The position numbers were made by a program, and so were the translations under genes. A stretch of DNA of 64,000 bases from assembly GCA_013349295.1 (NCBI GenBank), contig DUZW01000018.1:2741-66740 (forward strand). Direction: 5' to 3'. The notes beneath the pieces are model-generated. The model did no database searches, was not told the DNA's origin, and saw only the letters and a program-made list of their open reading frames with translations. Of the stretch, positions 1 through 9,897 are shown one piece after another; the stretch's first letter is position 1, and each line of letters begins with the position of its first letter. The stretch is from Deltaproteobacteria bacterium (GTDB lineage: Bacteria; Desulfobacterota; Desulfobulbia; Desulfobulbales; Desulfurivibrionaceae).

Positions 1-2694
1 TGTGCTGCCGCTGATTGCAGCACCACTCCTGTCAAGGGCAGTCCATGCACCAACCTGCCACCTTCCTCCTCGGATTGGGACAAGGATGCGGACAACATAC
101 CCGACACCTTCTTCGGTGCAGCCGATGCGACGGAGATAAAAGTACGGATAATGGCCATTATCAACGATATAATGAGAAAAGCTTCCTCCGGCACGGCGGT
201 GTCGGTGTTGAGCTCCAGCGAAGGCAGCGGCGCCAACCTCATGCAGGCCCTGTTTTATCCCAAACGATCATTCGCCAACAACACGGAGGTTTCCTGGACG
301 AGCGACCTGATGAATTACTGGTATTACATGGATCCGTACTTTACCTCCTCACAAATTCGAGAAGATACGATCAGGGAAGGAGGGGCTGCGTACACCTTGC
401 TCGACCTCAAGCAAGACTACATAACGAGCTTCGCGTACGATTCAAACCAGAATAAGACATTGGCGTATCGTTGGTGGGACACAACCGGTACAGGCAGCGT
501 TCTTACAGACATGGGCACCGTACCAATAGAAAACACCCTACCCATCTGGCGCGCCGGATTTAATCTCTGGTGGACGGATCCATCTACCAGGACCATCAAA
601 ACCTCGATTGATGGTTCAAATCTGATATCCTTCGACACGACAAACTACGCCACGCTCGATGATTATTTGGGACTGACCGCAAGCGCCTCAGCCGCCAAGG
701 CGACCATCAATTATGTACGCGGTTACGACTGCGTGGATGCCGCGGGCAATGCCGGCGAATGCGGGGCAACTTATCCCAACAAAATAGGAAGAAACAGGAC
801 CGTTACCGCCGGTGTCTGCTCTGCAAGAAAAAGTCCGTGCAACAGCGCGGCTGATTGCCCTAGCGGAGAAACCTGCGGCCAAGAAACGCATGTCTGGAAA
901 TTGGGCGACATCATCTCATCCACCCCGCGCATCGTGGGGCCAGGGTATTTGAACAACTTCAATGTTCCTTCCCCCTTTGGTTACAACGACCAAACCTATA
1001 ATGATTTCATCAAAAGTGACGACTACAAGGAGAGACAACTCGTCTTTGTGGGCTCTAACGATGGCATGCTGCACGCCTTCAAACTCGGCAAATTGTTGCA
1101 AAACTGGACAGGGAAACATTGGTATGAAGCCGCCAAGCAGGAAGGCGTCACCGGCGCGGGAGGGATTGGCTCCGAAAGCTATGCCTTTATCCCTAAAAAT
1201 TCCCTTCCTTATCTGCAATACCTTCAGAATGAGGATTATTGCCACATATATATGATAGATGGCCCGACAGCGATAACAGACGCCTCCATCAACAAGCCGT
1301 CGACCTGCACGCAAACTGATTACTGGAACTGTCCGAAGCTCACCACGATGCAACCTGCCCCCAACAGCGGCGAGGTGGATTTCGCGAAAACAAGCTGGCG
1401 CACCACCCTGATAGGCAGCATGGGAATAGGCGGCGCCACCTGCGATGGAGCCTCCCCGGATCCCGATCGAATCAGCACACCATTTTCGGTTTCTGGTAAT
1501 CCAGTCGGTTGGTCTTCATACTTTGCCCTTGACGTGACCGACCAGACAGCCCCACAACTCTTGTGGGAATACAGCAATGCCAATCTGGGTGTTACCAACG
1601 TCGGCGCGGCGATTGTCAAGGTTGGAGGCAATGAAAAACGATGCACCAACGACGACACCATCACCTGTTCCGTTGCCACTGATTGCGGAATAGGCCCGGA
1701 ATGCGTCAAGACAAACGGCAGGTGGTTCGCCATCCTGGCTTCAGGATCAACCGGCCCCATTTCCAACCAGGAATTCAAGGGCACCTCGGACAAGAATCTG
1801 AGGCTCTTTGTCCTCGATCTCAAGACCGGTGCGTTGCTGCGCACCATCGACACCGGCATCACCAATGCCTTTGCAGGCTCCATCTCCACCAACGCAATCG
1901 ACCTGGAAAAGGATAGGTCCAGCGATAGCGGCAACTATCAGGATGATGCCGTTTATATCGGCTATGTCAAGGACACAACCAACGGCGGGGTATTGCGACT
2001 CGTCATCAATGACGATATCAACCCCGCCAACTGGACGGTAAGCAAGGTAATAGAGAATATCGGGCCGGTCACCACCTCCGTGGTGAATCTTCTTGACCGG
2101 CAAAACGGAAAACTATGGCTCTATTTCGCTGAAGGCCGCTTTTTTTACAAACAGGATGACCTGACCACCCAACGCAAGCTGTTCGGCATCCAAGAACCCT
2201 GCTTTGATTCGGCGAACAACAGCATCGCCCCCACCTGCACAAGCATGTTGGCCTTGGCCAACCTGAAAGATCAGACCGCTTCGCCAAGCACCGCATTAAC
2301 GACTGCGGAAAAAGGCTGGTACATTAATATGAACGCGGCGGTGTCGCCACTGAGTGCGGAGCGGGTCATTTCAAACCCCACGCCAGACCCCCTGGGCGCC
2401 ATTTATTTCCTCTCTTTTGCCCCGACCGCCGACATCTGCAGCTTTGGCGGCACCACATATCTCTGGGCGCTGGACTACAAAACCGGTGGACAAGTAACAT
2501 TTACCATGCAGGGAAAAGCTCTGATACAGGTATCCACCGGTGAGATCAAGGAGTTAACTCTATCCGATGCACTCACCGAGAATGAAGGCCGCAAATCTGT
2601 CGGGTTCAAGGGTATTCCACCAACCGGCCAGGGCCTTATGGTGGTCACCAATCCAACCCCTATTAAAAAATTCATGCATGTGCAGGAACAATAA
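1..2694 (+). CDS. pilY1: Type IV pilus tip adhesin PilY1 (C-terminal beta-propeller part; 5' end lies upstream of the window)
   Basis: Frame is open from base 1 (CAAADCSTT...WDKDADNIPDTFF) into the 151..2694 ORF. PilY1/PilC motifs WKLGDIISSTP, VFVGSNDGMLHAF, YFALDVTD...PQLLWEY, KGWYINM. Directly precedes the minor pilins. Confidence 0.93.
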   Translation, partial: CAAADCSTTPVKGSPCTNLPPSSSDWDKDADNIPDTFFGAADATEIKVRIMAIINDIMRKASSGTAVSVLSSSEGSGANLMQALFYPKRSFANNTEVSWTSDLMNYWYYMDPYFTSSQIREDTIREGGAAYTLLDLKQDYITSFAYDSNQNKTLAYRWWDTTGTGSVLTDMGTVPIENTLPIWRAGFNLWWTDPSTRTIKTSIDGSNLISFDTTNYATLDDYLGLTASASAAKATINYVRGYDCVDAAGNAGECGATYPNKIGRNRTVTAGVCSARKSPCNSAADCPSGETCGQETHVWKLGDIISSTPRIVGPGYLNNFNVPSPFGYNDQTYNDFIKSDDYKERQLVFVGSNDGMLHAFKLGKLLQNWTGKHWYEAAKQEGVTGAGGIGSESYAFIPKNSLPYLQYLQNEDYCHIYMIDGPTAITDASINKPSTCTQTDYWNCPKLTTMQPAPNSGEVDFAKTSWRTTLIGSMGIGGATCDGASPDPDRISTPFSVSGNPVGWSSYFALDVTDQTAPQLLWEYSNANLGVTNVGAAIVKVGGNEKRCTNDDTITCSVATDCGIGPECVKTNGRWFAILASGSTGPISNQEFKGTSDKNLRLFVLDLKTGALLRTIDTGITNAFAGSISTNAIDLEKDRSSDSGNYQDDAVYIGYVKDTTNGGVLRLVINDDINPANWTVSKVIENIGPVTTSVVNLLDRQNGKLWLYFAEGRFFYKQDDLTTQRKLFGIQEPCFDSANNSIAPTCTSMLALANLKDQTASPSTALTTAEKGWYINMNAAVSPLSAERVISNPTPDPLGAIYFLSFAPTADICSFGGTTYLWALDYKTGGQVTFTMQGKALIQVSTGEIKELTLSDALTENEGRKSVGFKGIPPTGQGLMVVTNPTPIKKFMHVQEQ

Positions 2695-2772
2695 ATACGG
2701 TGACGGCATGACACACCAGGACGCAACAACGCAAATAGGCGAAAAGCCCATTCTCATTCGAGGCGGAACACT

Positions 2773-3264
2773 ATGAAGGCCCAAGCCGGCTTCACATTGG
2801 TCGAACTCATGATAGTTGTTGCCATAATCGGGATCATTATGGCAATTGCAACCATGAATTTCACACAATCAAATGATAAATATACCGTGGAATCCTACAC
2901 AAAGGAGATCTATTCCATTTTGATGCAGGCCAGAAACGATGCGGCAAACACCAACACCCAGATCAGGGTCACGTTGGCGGCTAATCTGCTGACTACCCAC
3001 CAAGATACCAATGGTGATGGTGTTGTTGACGCCGGCGAACCCACGACCACAAACCCGTATCCCCGCTTTGTCATGAACTCAAATATAGCGGGGGGGCTGC
3101 CCGCAACGATTATTTTCGACAGAAGAGGCCTGACAACAAATTTCCAGACCATAAACATTACCGGTTATTCCCCAAATGCTTCGCCTGGGGTGGATTGTAT
3201 AACAATAGCGGCAACTCGGGTCAACATGGGCCTAATGACAGGAGGTGCTTGTGTCCAACAATAA
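2773..3264 (+). CDS. fimU: FimT/FimU (GspH-like) minor pilin
   Basis: Class III signal G|FTLVELMIVVAIIGI; L..AR..A helix and IIFDRRG motif typical of FimT/FimU; first minor pilin after pilY1. Confidence 0.85.
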   Translation: MKAQAGFTLVELMIVVAIIGIIMAIATMNFTQSNDKYTVESYTKEIYSILMQARNDAANTNTQIRVTLAANLLTTHQDTNGDGVVDAGEPTTTNPYPRFVMNSNIAGGLPATIIFDRRGLTTNFQTINITGYSPNASPGVDCITIAATRVNMGLMTGGACVQQ

Positions 3265-3727
3265 ACAACAATCACAGGGACAACAGGGTTTTACCTTGGT
3301 GGAAATCATGATTGCCCTGCTTGTCTTCATGGTGGTCATGCTGGGGGTAGCCGGTGGACTTATTACCGCCATCCAGGCTAACAGAGGAAACGTGGTGCGT
3401 GACGAAGCCCTCAGGCTGGCGGAAGATGAGTTGAATCGACTTAAGGGCATACAATTTTCCGTCTTTGCCACTTCTGCCGAACTGACCGCGACAGTACCGC
3501 CGGCATGGACCGCCCCAACCAATGTGCTAAGCAATATACGCGGCGGGACAGTAACCTTTGCCAGAGCACGACAAATCACCGACCTGGCAACTGCCGCCAC
3601 CGCACTCAAACGCGTTGATGTGGCCGTGGGCTGGAACGAACCCGGCCCATCTGGGGGCACGGCCTTGCCGGCAACCGGCATGAATCGCCAGGTGTCTTTA
3701 AGCACAATAATCGTGCGCAGTAATTAA
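3251..3727 (+). CDS. pilV: PilV-like minor pilin
   Basis: G|FTLVEIMIALLVFMV prepilin motif and a C-terminal KRVDVAVGW strand. GGAGG at 3241-3245 favours the GTG at 3251. Confidence 0.85.
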   Translation: MSNNKQQSQGQQGFTLVEIMIALLVFMVVMLGVAGGLITAIQANRGNVVRDEALRLAEDELNRLKGIQFSVFATSAELTATVPPAWTAPTNVLSNIRGGTVTFARARQITDLATAATALKRVDVAVGWNEPGPSGGTALPATGMNRQVSLSTIIVRSN

Positions 3728-3826
3728 TGATGGCCTCGCAACAAAGCGATAACCCAAAAGGTTACACAGCAAAACCTGATGCCGGGGCGGCTTTTCTGAC
3801 AACGCCATCATTATTAAGGGGCAGAC

Positions 3827-5020
3827 ATGGAACAGCACGGTAAAATTTTATATCGAAAAGAATCCGGTTTCTCCCTGATAGAGCTGTTAATCTATATGGC
3901 TCTTTTGGGAATTCTGATGATCATGGTGTTTCGCAGCTTCATACCGGTTATGCAAACAAGCTCCCGACAGTGGCGGATTGGAGAAACAAAGATTGAAACA
4001 GGGGTCGGCCTTGATTTATTGCGAGGCGACCTGGAACATGCCGGCTTTGGCCTGCCATGGGAATTCCCGGTCGGGGTAACGCCAAGTCCTTATTTTGAAC
4101 CGGCTCCCTTGGCTGATGTCCCGAATGTTCCAAGGGCGGTGATCAGCGAGGATGCCTCCGCCTCCAGCATGAACACCTCAGATTATCTGGCAATCAAGGC
4201 CTTGAATGTGGTGCTTGGCGCTTCCAGCCAAAAATGGGGCTGGCTGGGACGCGATGCATTGCACACAGCCTCGGTTCAAACCTTGAGCGACGATGCCTTC
4301 GTCAACACGGACCGGGTAATCGTGCTCCGCCCCCAGGTCAGCCCCGGAGTAAACCGCCAGCTTGTCTTGGATGGAACGAGTTATTTTGCTCGGCCGACAA
4401 CAGCCGACCTGACGCCCTTTGCCCCGCCGGAAACGGCCAACGACCCCAACGGCGAACGATATCTCGTCTACGGTCTTGATGACATCGACCCCAGAAGACC
4501 TTTCAATCGCACCGATTACTATATCAACGCGCCCACCCCTGCCAATCCGCAGCCGGGTCATTGTGCTCCGGGCACGGGAACTCTGGTCAAGGCAACGCTG
4601 AACCAGGCCAACGACAACTTTACCGTCTTGCCCATCGTGGATTGCGTGGCCGATTTTCAGGTCACCTACCACCTGGACACGGACGGCGATGGAGGGTGCG
4701 ATGATGTCGATGGGATCCCGGGTTGCGACCCGACTGATGCGAATGGCCTTAATGGGTTGACCGCCAAGCAGATCCGGGAGCAGATGAAATCCATCCAGTG
4801 TTATGTCCTCACCCATGAAGGCGGCGTGGATCTTACTTACACACATCCGCTTGATCCGGTCACCGGGCTCCCCACGATCAATGTTGGCGAAGTTGCTGTG
4901 GACGGAGTTACCCTGCTGGCCGGTCGAGCGTTTGACCTGAACGCAACCATCGGCGCAACCTGGGCCAACTACCGTTGGAAGGTATACAGCCTGACGGTGA
5001 CCCCAAGAAATTTACAATGA
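3827..5020 (+). CDS. pilW: PilW-like minor pilin
   Basis: G|FSLIELLIYMALLG; LRGDLEHAGFG motif (DL..AG.G of PilW); 397 aa; between pilV and pilX. Confidence 0.87.
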   Translation: MEQHGKILYRKESGFSLIELLIYMALLGILMIMVFRSFIPVMQTSSRQWRIGETKIETGVGLDLLRGDLEHAGFGLPWEFPVGVTPSPYFEPAPLADVPNVPRAVISEDASASSMNTSDYLAIKALNVVLGASSQKWGWLGRDALHTASVQTLSDDAFVNTDRVIVLRPQVSPGVNRQLVLDGTSYFARPTTADLTPFAPPETANDPNGERYLVYGLDDIDPRRPFNRTDYYINAPTPANPQPGHCAPGTGTLVKATLNQANDNFTVLPIVDCVADFQVTYHLDTDGDGGCDDVDGIPGCDPTDANGLNGLTAKQIREQMKSIQCYVLTHEGGVDLTYTHPLDPVTGLPTINVGEVAVDGVTLLAGRAFDLNATIGATWANYRWKVYSLTVTPRNLQ

Positions 5021-5742
5021 CCACCAGGGAGGAAGGCCGTATGCGGCTGATTAACCGAAAAAAAACAACCCCACTTAAAAGGGTACGCACACCTAACACA
5101 GTGCCGGCGATGCGATTTTCCGAAGTCCCGGCGGCGCCCCGCTTGCCCACGACATCGGCAATACTTGGGAACGAAAGAGGCATGGCGCTGGTCATGGCTT
5201 TGATTTTAGGCCTTGTCGGCATGCTCATTATAGCATCTCTCCTCTTTATGGTTGGAACCGGCATCGGGACGAGCGGTTCAAAAAAACGTTATCAGATGGC
5301 ACTGGAAGCCTCCCATGGCGGCATGATTTTTTTTGCCCAGGAAATAATCCAAAGAGGTTTGGGAGGTGATACCCTGAGCGCCATGGGGACGTATGACGGA
5401 ATGTTGACCCAAATTATTACCGATGCGAATTTCACCACAAAACTAACTACGACCGGCAATATTAACGACGGAGTTTATCCCGCCGCTCCAGTAGATGCGA
5501 CCCTGACCCTGACATTCACGGCACCGGCCCCCAATATAAACGTGAACACCGCCATATTGAGCACAAACCGCGGCAACAGCGGCACATCTTCAAATGTCCT
5601 GGTGGGGGGCGGGGTGGTCATCAGCACTAGCGGCACGGTTACCCCTCAACATATCCCGTATCTGTTTCAGACAGATATCCAGGGCCAAAACGCGGTAAAC
5701 TCACGGCAGCGGGCCAGGTTATCAGGGATATACGCATATTAG
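5017..5742 (+). CDS. pilX: PilX-like minor pilin
   Basis: NERG|MALVMALILGLV with no Glu5, characteristic of PilX/GspK. ATG 5017 overlaps the pilW stop (ATGA); 5041 or a later start is possible. Confidence 0.82.
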   Translation: MTTREEGRMRLINRKKTTPLKRVRTPNTVPAMRFSEVPAAPRLPTTSAILGNERGMALVMALILGLVGMLIIASLLFMVGTGIGTSGSKKRYQMALEASHGGMIFFAQEIIQRGLGGDTLSAMGTYDGMLTQIITDANFTTKLTTTGNINDGVYPAAPVDATLTLTFTAPAPNINVNTAILSTNRGNSGTSSNVLVGGGVVISTSGTVTPQHIPYLFQTDIQGQNAVNSRQRARLSGIYAY

Positions 5743-5910
5743 GAGAGGACATGCTTTGGGATTCACGCTGCCCGCTTCTCCCGTTCAGCCATGAGCTTAT
5801 GATGTTCGCAATTGAAGACCGAAGATGCACGAAAAAGAGCAATGACAGCTGAGCGAGGGCGGTAAGACTTTGAAACAGATACGGCGCAGCAGGACAGTTG
5901 CCAATTGCTG

Positions 5911-7308
5911 TCACAACCCGTACTCCTTCATCTTGCTCAGCAGGGAAGGGTAGCTGATCTCAAGGAGCAGGCCTGCCTTGCTCTTGTTGCCGCCTGTGGC
6001 GGACAGGGCCTGGGCGATCAGGGCACGCTCCATTTCCCGCTGCCCTTTTTTCAAGGAGTAGGTACCAAGAACCTTTTCGATACCCGTGCCGCACGACTCT
6101 GGCAATTCAACGATGTTTTCCGGCAGATGCTCCGGCATGATGACGTTTCCTTCGGCCAACACCATCGCCCGCTCCAGAACGTTTTCCAGCTCACGGACAT
6201 TGCCGGGCCAGCAGTGGCGAAGCAGCACCGCCAGAGTGGCGGGGAGCAGTTCCGGGGGCTGTCTGTCGAGTTTGGCTGCAATTCGGTCGAGCAGCCGGGC
6301 ACAGAGCAAAGGGAGATCCTCCATGCGTTCGCGCAACGGCGGCACATGCAGCCGGATGACATTGATCCGGTAAAACAGATCTTCTCGAAATCGACCGGCT
6401 TTGACCTCTTCTTCAAGATCACGGGCTGTGGCGGCAAGAACCCTTACATCTACCGGCACCGTCCGCACCCCGCCCACCGGTCGCACCTCACGCTCCTGCA
6501 AGACCCGCAACAGCTTCACCTGCGCCTCGGGCGGGAGTTCGCCGATCTCATCCAGAAAAAGGGTTCCGCCATTCGCTTCCTGAAAGATGCCGTTCCGATC
6601 CCTTTCCGCCCCGGTGAATGCGCCTTTCACGTAACCGAACAGCTCGCTTTCCAGCAGGCTTGCCGGCATCCCGCCGCAATTGACGGCCAGAAACGGCTTG
6701 TCTGCCCGCCTGCTCTGGCGATGAATCCCACGCGCCACCAACTCCTTGCCGGTACCGGACTCCCCGGTGATGAGCACGGTGGTATCGTACTGTGCCACCT
6801 TGGCAACCGTTTTCAAAAAGGAAAGCATGATGCTGGACTTGGCGATCATATCGTCGAGTCCATGCCCCCCCTGTAACTCGTCGATTTGGCGACGTAACAG
6901 GGAATTTTCCTGGCGCAGGCGCAGGTGTTCTCGCGCCCGACCCAGAGTGAGAAGCACCTCATCGGCCTTGAAGGGCTTAGTGATGAAGTCATAGGCGCCA
7001 CCCTTCATCGCCTCAACGGCGTCCTCGATGGCTGCATATGCCGACATCATGATAATCGGCGCGTCAATGCCCAACTCCTTTGTTTTCTTAAGAAACTCAT
7101 GACCATTAAGACGCGGCATCTTCAGGTCGCAAAGGATAAGGTCGAAAGGCTCCTGCTCCAAAACGGCAAGCCCTTCCTCGCCGTTATGAGCCAGGGTTAC
7201 CTTATATCCCCCCTTGGAGGTGACAACGGAAAGCATCTGCAACATGCTTTCTTCATCATCGACTATCAACAACCGCCCGGCATCAACCATGTGCTCATCT
7301 CCTGTCAC
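5911..7308 (-). CDS. pilR: Sigma54-dependent response regulator (PilR/NtrC family)
   Basis: Receiver (LIVDDE...CDLKMP), AAA+ [33 protein letters not shown], and C-terminal Fis-type HTH. Pilus locus context. Confidence 0.85.
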   Translation of the reverse strand: MTGDEHMVDAGRLLIVDDEESMLQMLSVVTSKGGYKVTLAHNGEEGLAVLEQEPFDLILCDLKMPRLNGHEFLKKTKELGIDAPIIMMSAYAAIEDAVEAMKGGAYDFITKPFKADEVLLTLGRAREHLRLRQENSLLRRQIDELQGGHGLDDMIAKSSIMLSFLKTVAKVAQYDTTVLITGESGTGKELVARGIHRQSRRADKPFLAVNCGGMPASLLESELFGYVKGAFTGAERDRNGIFQEANGGTLFLDEIGELPPEAQVKLLRVLQEREVRPVGGVRTVPVDVRVLAATARDLEEEVKAGRFREDLFYRINVIRLHVPPLRERMEDLPLLCARLLDRIAAKLDRQPPELLPATLAVLLRHCWPGNVRELENVLERAMVLAEGNVIMPEHLPENIVELPESCGTGIEKVLGTYSLKKGQREMERALIAQALSATGGNKSKAGLLLEISYPSLLSKMKEYGL

Positions 7309-8861
7309 CCCGTGACACCATTGCCCGCAGGAGAATCTGGACCACCCGCGGGAACAGCCAAAGGCAGCGAAATCCAGATGGACGCTCCTCCGCCATGATC
7401 AGCCCGGCCGTTTTCCGCCCACATCCTGCCGCCCCATTTCTCGACCAGTGAACAGGATACAGCCAACCCCAGCCCCGTGCCTCTGCCCGGCTCCTTGGTG
7501 GTGAAAAAAGGCTCGAATACGCTCTCCAGATGTTCTTTTGCAATTCCCGGACCGTTATCCTCGATAACAACCCGGAGATATCGCCGCCCCTCTTCCTCTC
7601 CGTTAAAACACCGCGTACTCACCCTCCCTTCCGGAAACGGGCCTACGGCATCGAACGCATTCATGAAACAATTCACAAAAATCTGACGCAGACCGTCAGC
7701 ATCAGCCAGGACCAAATCCTCCTCCGCTTCCGAGCTGAGCGAAAACTCTATATGGGCAGGAACCGTTCCATGGCGGAGCAGCTCCACGCATTCAGCCAAA
7801 AAGATCCCAACATGGAGCGGGGCTAGTCCCTCGCCAACCGGCCGGGCATAATCCAACAATTGCCTGATCAACCTGCCTACCCGCGCTACCTCCTGCTCCG
7901 CACGCCTTGAAAACTCTTTCCTTTCCTCAGGAGACACCCCCCCCTGCCCGAGAAGATCCAGATATCCCTGCACAACCCCCAGCGGATTGCCTACCTCATG
8001 GGCAAGACCAGCGGCCAGCCTGCCAATGGAGGCCATCTTTTCCGTCCTCACCATCTCCCGCCGGTTTCGATCCAGTTCCTCGTTTGCAAGCCTCAGTGAG
8101 TCCACCTTCTGAAGGAGTGCCCCCCGGTCCTCTTCAAGTTGTGCGATCATCCGGTTCAAACTTGAGGAGAGACGCCCGAATTCATTTCCCGGGCGCCCCG
8201 GAAAAGGCAAAAAATCATGCCGCAGGGAATAAGTATCCGCCTGTTCGGCAAGGCGCTCCAGGGGACGGACCACGAGTTTGACCATGCGGAAAAAACCGAC
8301 AACCGCAAGCACCACGGCATTGGCAAGAATATAGGCCAGGATAATCTTTTCATTATCCCATAACCGTGCCTCAATCGCCTCGGTGGAGCGAATCAGGGCC
8401 ACGGAGCCCCGTGCCCCATCCGGAAATCGAAAAGGTTGGGCAACAAGCAGCACATTATTTCGCTTTCCCGCGATGCCATTGGGGAAATACGGGATGAGGC
8501 GACTGTCTGCGGCGCCAGAGAGCGCGGCATTCGCCAGGGAAATTTCCAGCGTTTTCGCAACCTCTCCACATCCCGCCGAAATATTGATAGTTTTTCCCTG
8601 CGCAGTTGCCGACCCATAGCACAAAATCGCTTCATCCGACCGTAACACCTGCTCGACTTCATCGCTGAACCGCCCTTCTCCTCCCGCCTCGGACCCAGGC
8701 TTGGCCATGGCCGCAAGCAAGGTACGAGTATGATCCAGATCGACACGCAGGGCCTGCCGCTTCCAGAGCTGCATGGACACACCGTTCACCAACAGCATGC
8801 CGCCCCCAAGAAGCAGAAAAAAGGTTAAAATCGTCTGCGCCTTCAAATTCCAAACCCGCAT
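7305..8861 (-). CDS. pilS: Membrane sensor histidine kinase (PilS-like; two TM segments, HAMP, HisKA, HATPase)
   Basis: H-box GLAHEVGNPL, N-box NCFMNAFDA, DNGPGI, FEPFFTTK, GTGLGL. Overlaps the response regulator start by 4 nt. Confidence 0.82.
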   Translation of the reverse strand: MRVWNLKAQTILTFFLLLGGGMLLVNGVSMQLWKRQALRVDLDHTRTLLAAMAKPGSEAGGEGRFSDEVEQVLRSDEAILCYGSATAQGKTINISAGCGEVAKTLEISLANAALSGAADSRLIPYFPNGIAGKRNNVLLVAQPFRFPDGARGSVALIRSTEAIEARLWDNEKIILAYILANAVVLAVVGFFRMVKLVVRPLERLAEQADTYSLRHDFLPFPGRPGNEFGRLSSSLNRMIAQLEEDRGALLQKVDSLRLANEELDRNRREMVRTEKMASIGRLAAGLAHEVGNPLGVVQGYLDLLGQGGVSPEERKEFSRRAEQEVARVGRLIRQLLDYARPVGEGLAPLHVGIFLAECVELLRHGTVPAHIEFSLSSEAEEDLVLADADGLRQIFVNCFMNAFDAVGPFPEGRVSTRCFNGEEEGRRYLRVVIEDNGPGIAKEHLESVFEPFFTTKEPGRGTGLGLAVSCSLVEKWGGRMWAENGRADHGGGASIWISLPLAVPAGGPDSPAGNGVTG

Positions 8862-9032
8862 GGGTCTCCTCCGGGTTCATTACGGTTGTGCAAACATGAA
8901 GAGCAAGCCCCCCGAACAGGATTAGACAGGAAGTTAACTCCTTGAGAAAAAAGAAAAAGTAATCTTAACAACTGTCCAGCATACACTCCATGAGATTTTC
9001 TTAGAACAAAAAACGCATTCCGGCAGGAACAC

Positions 9033-9070
9033 TGACACATAATGCCACAAGCGAATGACAAAATATGTCA
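9033..9070. promoter_or_regulatory. Paired TGACA-N5-TGTCA palindromes; candidate enhancer (UAS) for the PilR-like activator
   Basis: TGACA-CATAA-TGCCA (9033-9047) and perfect TGACA-AAATA-TGTCA (9056-9070), about 95-130 bp upstream of the sigma54-like promoter. Confidence 0.6.
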
Positions 9071-9164
9071 ACAAGTCAAATTCAGCGTATTTACATTTTT
9101 TTCTTGTCGAGGCAACACGTTAAAATTAAGACACAAATTCCATTTTTCAAAATAATCCTCGCTC

Positions 9165-9180
9165 TGGCATAAAAATTGGA
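9165..9180 (+). promoter_or_regulatory. Sigma54 (-24/-12)-like promoter of pilA
   Basis: TGGCAT-AAAAA-TTGGA matches TGGCAC-N5-TTGC except GG replaces GC at -12; about 80 bp upstream of pilA. Confidence 0.6.
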
Positions 9181-9261
9181 ATTGACCTAAGTCGTGGCTA
9201 GACCATATAACATATTAAGTTTTGTATTCACCGAACACACCCACACACAAAGGAGCTCATC

Positions 9262-9867
9262 ATGAAGAAGCTAACGAATCAAAAAGGTTTTACCCTCGTC
9301 GAGCTTATGATCGTTGTCGCGATCATCGGTATCCTGGCGGCCATCGCCATCCCTCAGTTTGCAGCGTACAGAATTAGGGGCTTCAACACCTCGGCTCTCA
9401 GTGATGTGAAGAATGCCTTCACTTCCGAGGCTGCCATGTTTGCTGATTGGCAGCGCTACGGCACATCGCAGTCCAATGCGGGTGCTTTCGTTGCCGCAGC
9501 TCCTGCCGTTGGTGTTGTGGTATTAGGAGGTGATGCCAATGGTGACGGTCTCGCCACCACGGATATAGCTGGCACTGCTCGCGGCGCTGCACTTTCTATT
9601 GGCAATGGCGTTTCCCTCGTGGCCATTACCGATGTCGTCCCTGCTGCGGGTGTAGCCGGTAACGCCGCAACGTTTCAAGCTGTAAGCAAACACCAGCAGG
9701 GTGACACCACCTTCGCGGTTGATGCCGATTCAACCAGCACCTATCAGCACCCGACCCTCATCGCCGTTGGCACCGCTCTTACCTCAGCAACCTATGTTGG
9801 TTCTGTCGCAGCCAACACCGTGAATGTTGACGATATCGCCGCTGTTGCCGCCTGGATCCGGAAATAA
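9262..9867 (+). CDS. pilA: Type IVa major pilin PilA (192 aa mature)
   Basis: MKKLTNQKG|FTLVELMIVVAIIGILAAIAIPQFAAYR; strong AAGGAG RBS; own promoter and terminator. Confidence 0.95.
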   Translation: MKKLTNQKGFTLVELMIVVAIIGILAAIAIPQFAAYRIRGFNTSALSDVKNAFTSEAAMFADWQRYGTSQSNAGAFVAAAPAVGVVVLGGDANGDGLATTDIAGTARGAALSIGNGVSLVAITDVVPAAGVAGNAATFQAVSKHQQGDTTFAVDADSTSTYQHPTLIAVGTALTSATYVGSVAANTVNVDDIAAVAAWIRK

Positions 9868-9897
9868 GCGAAGCATTAGCTGTTGTCTCGTAGCATT

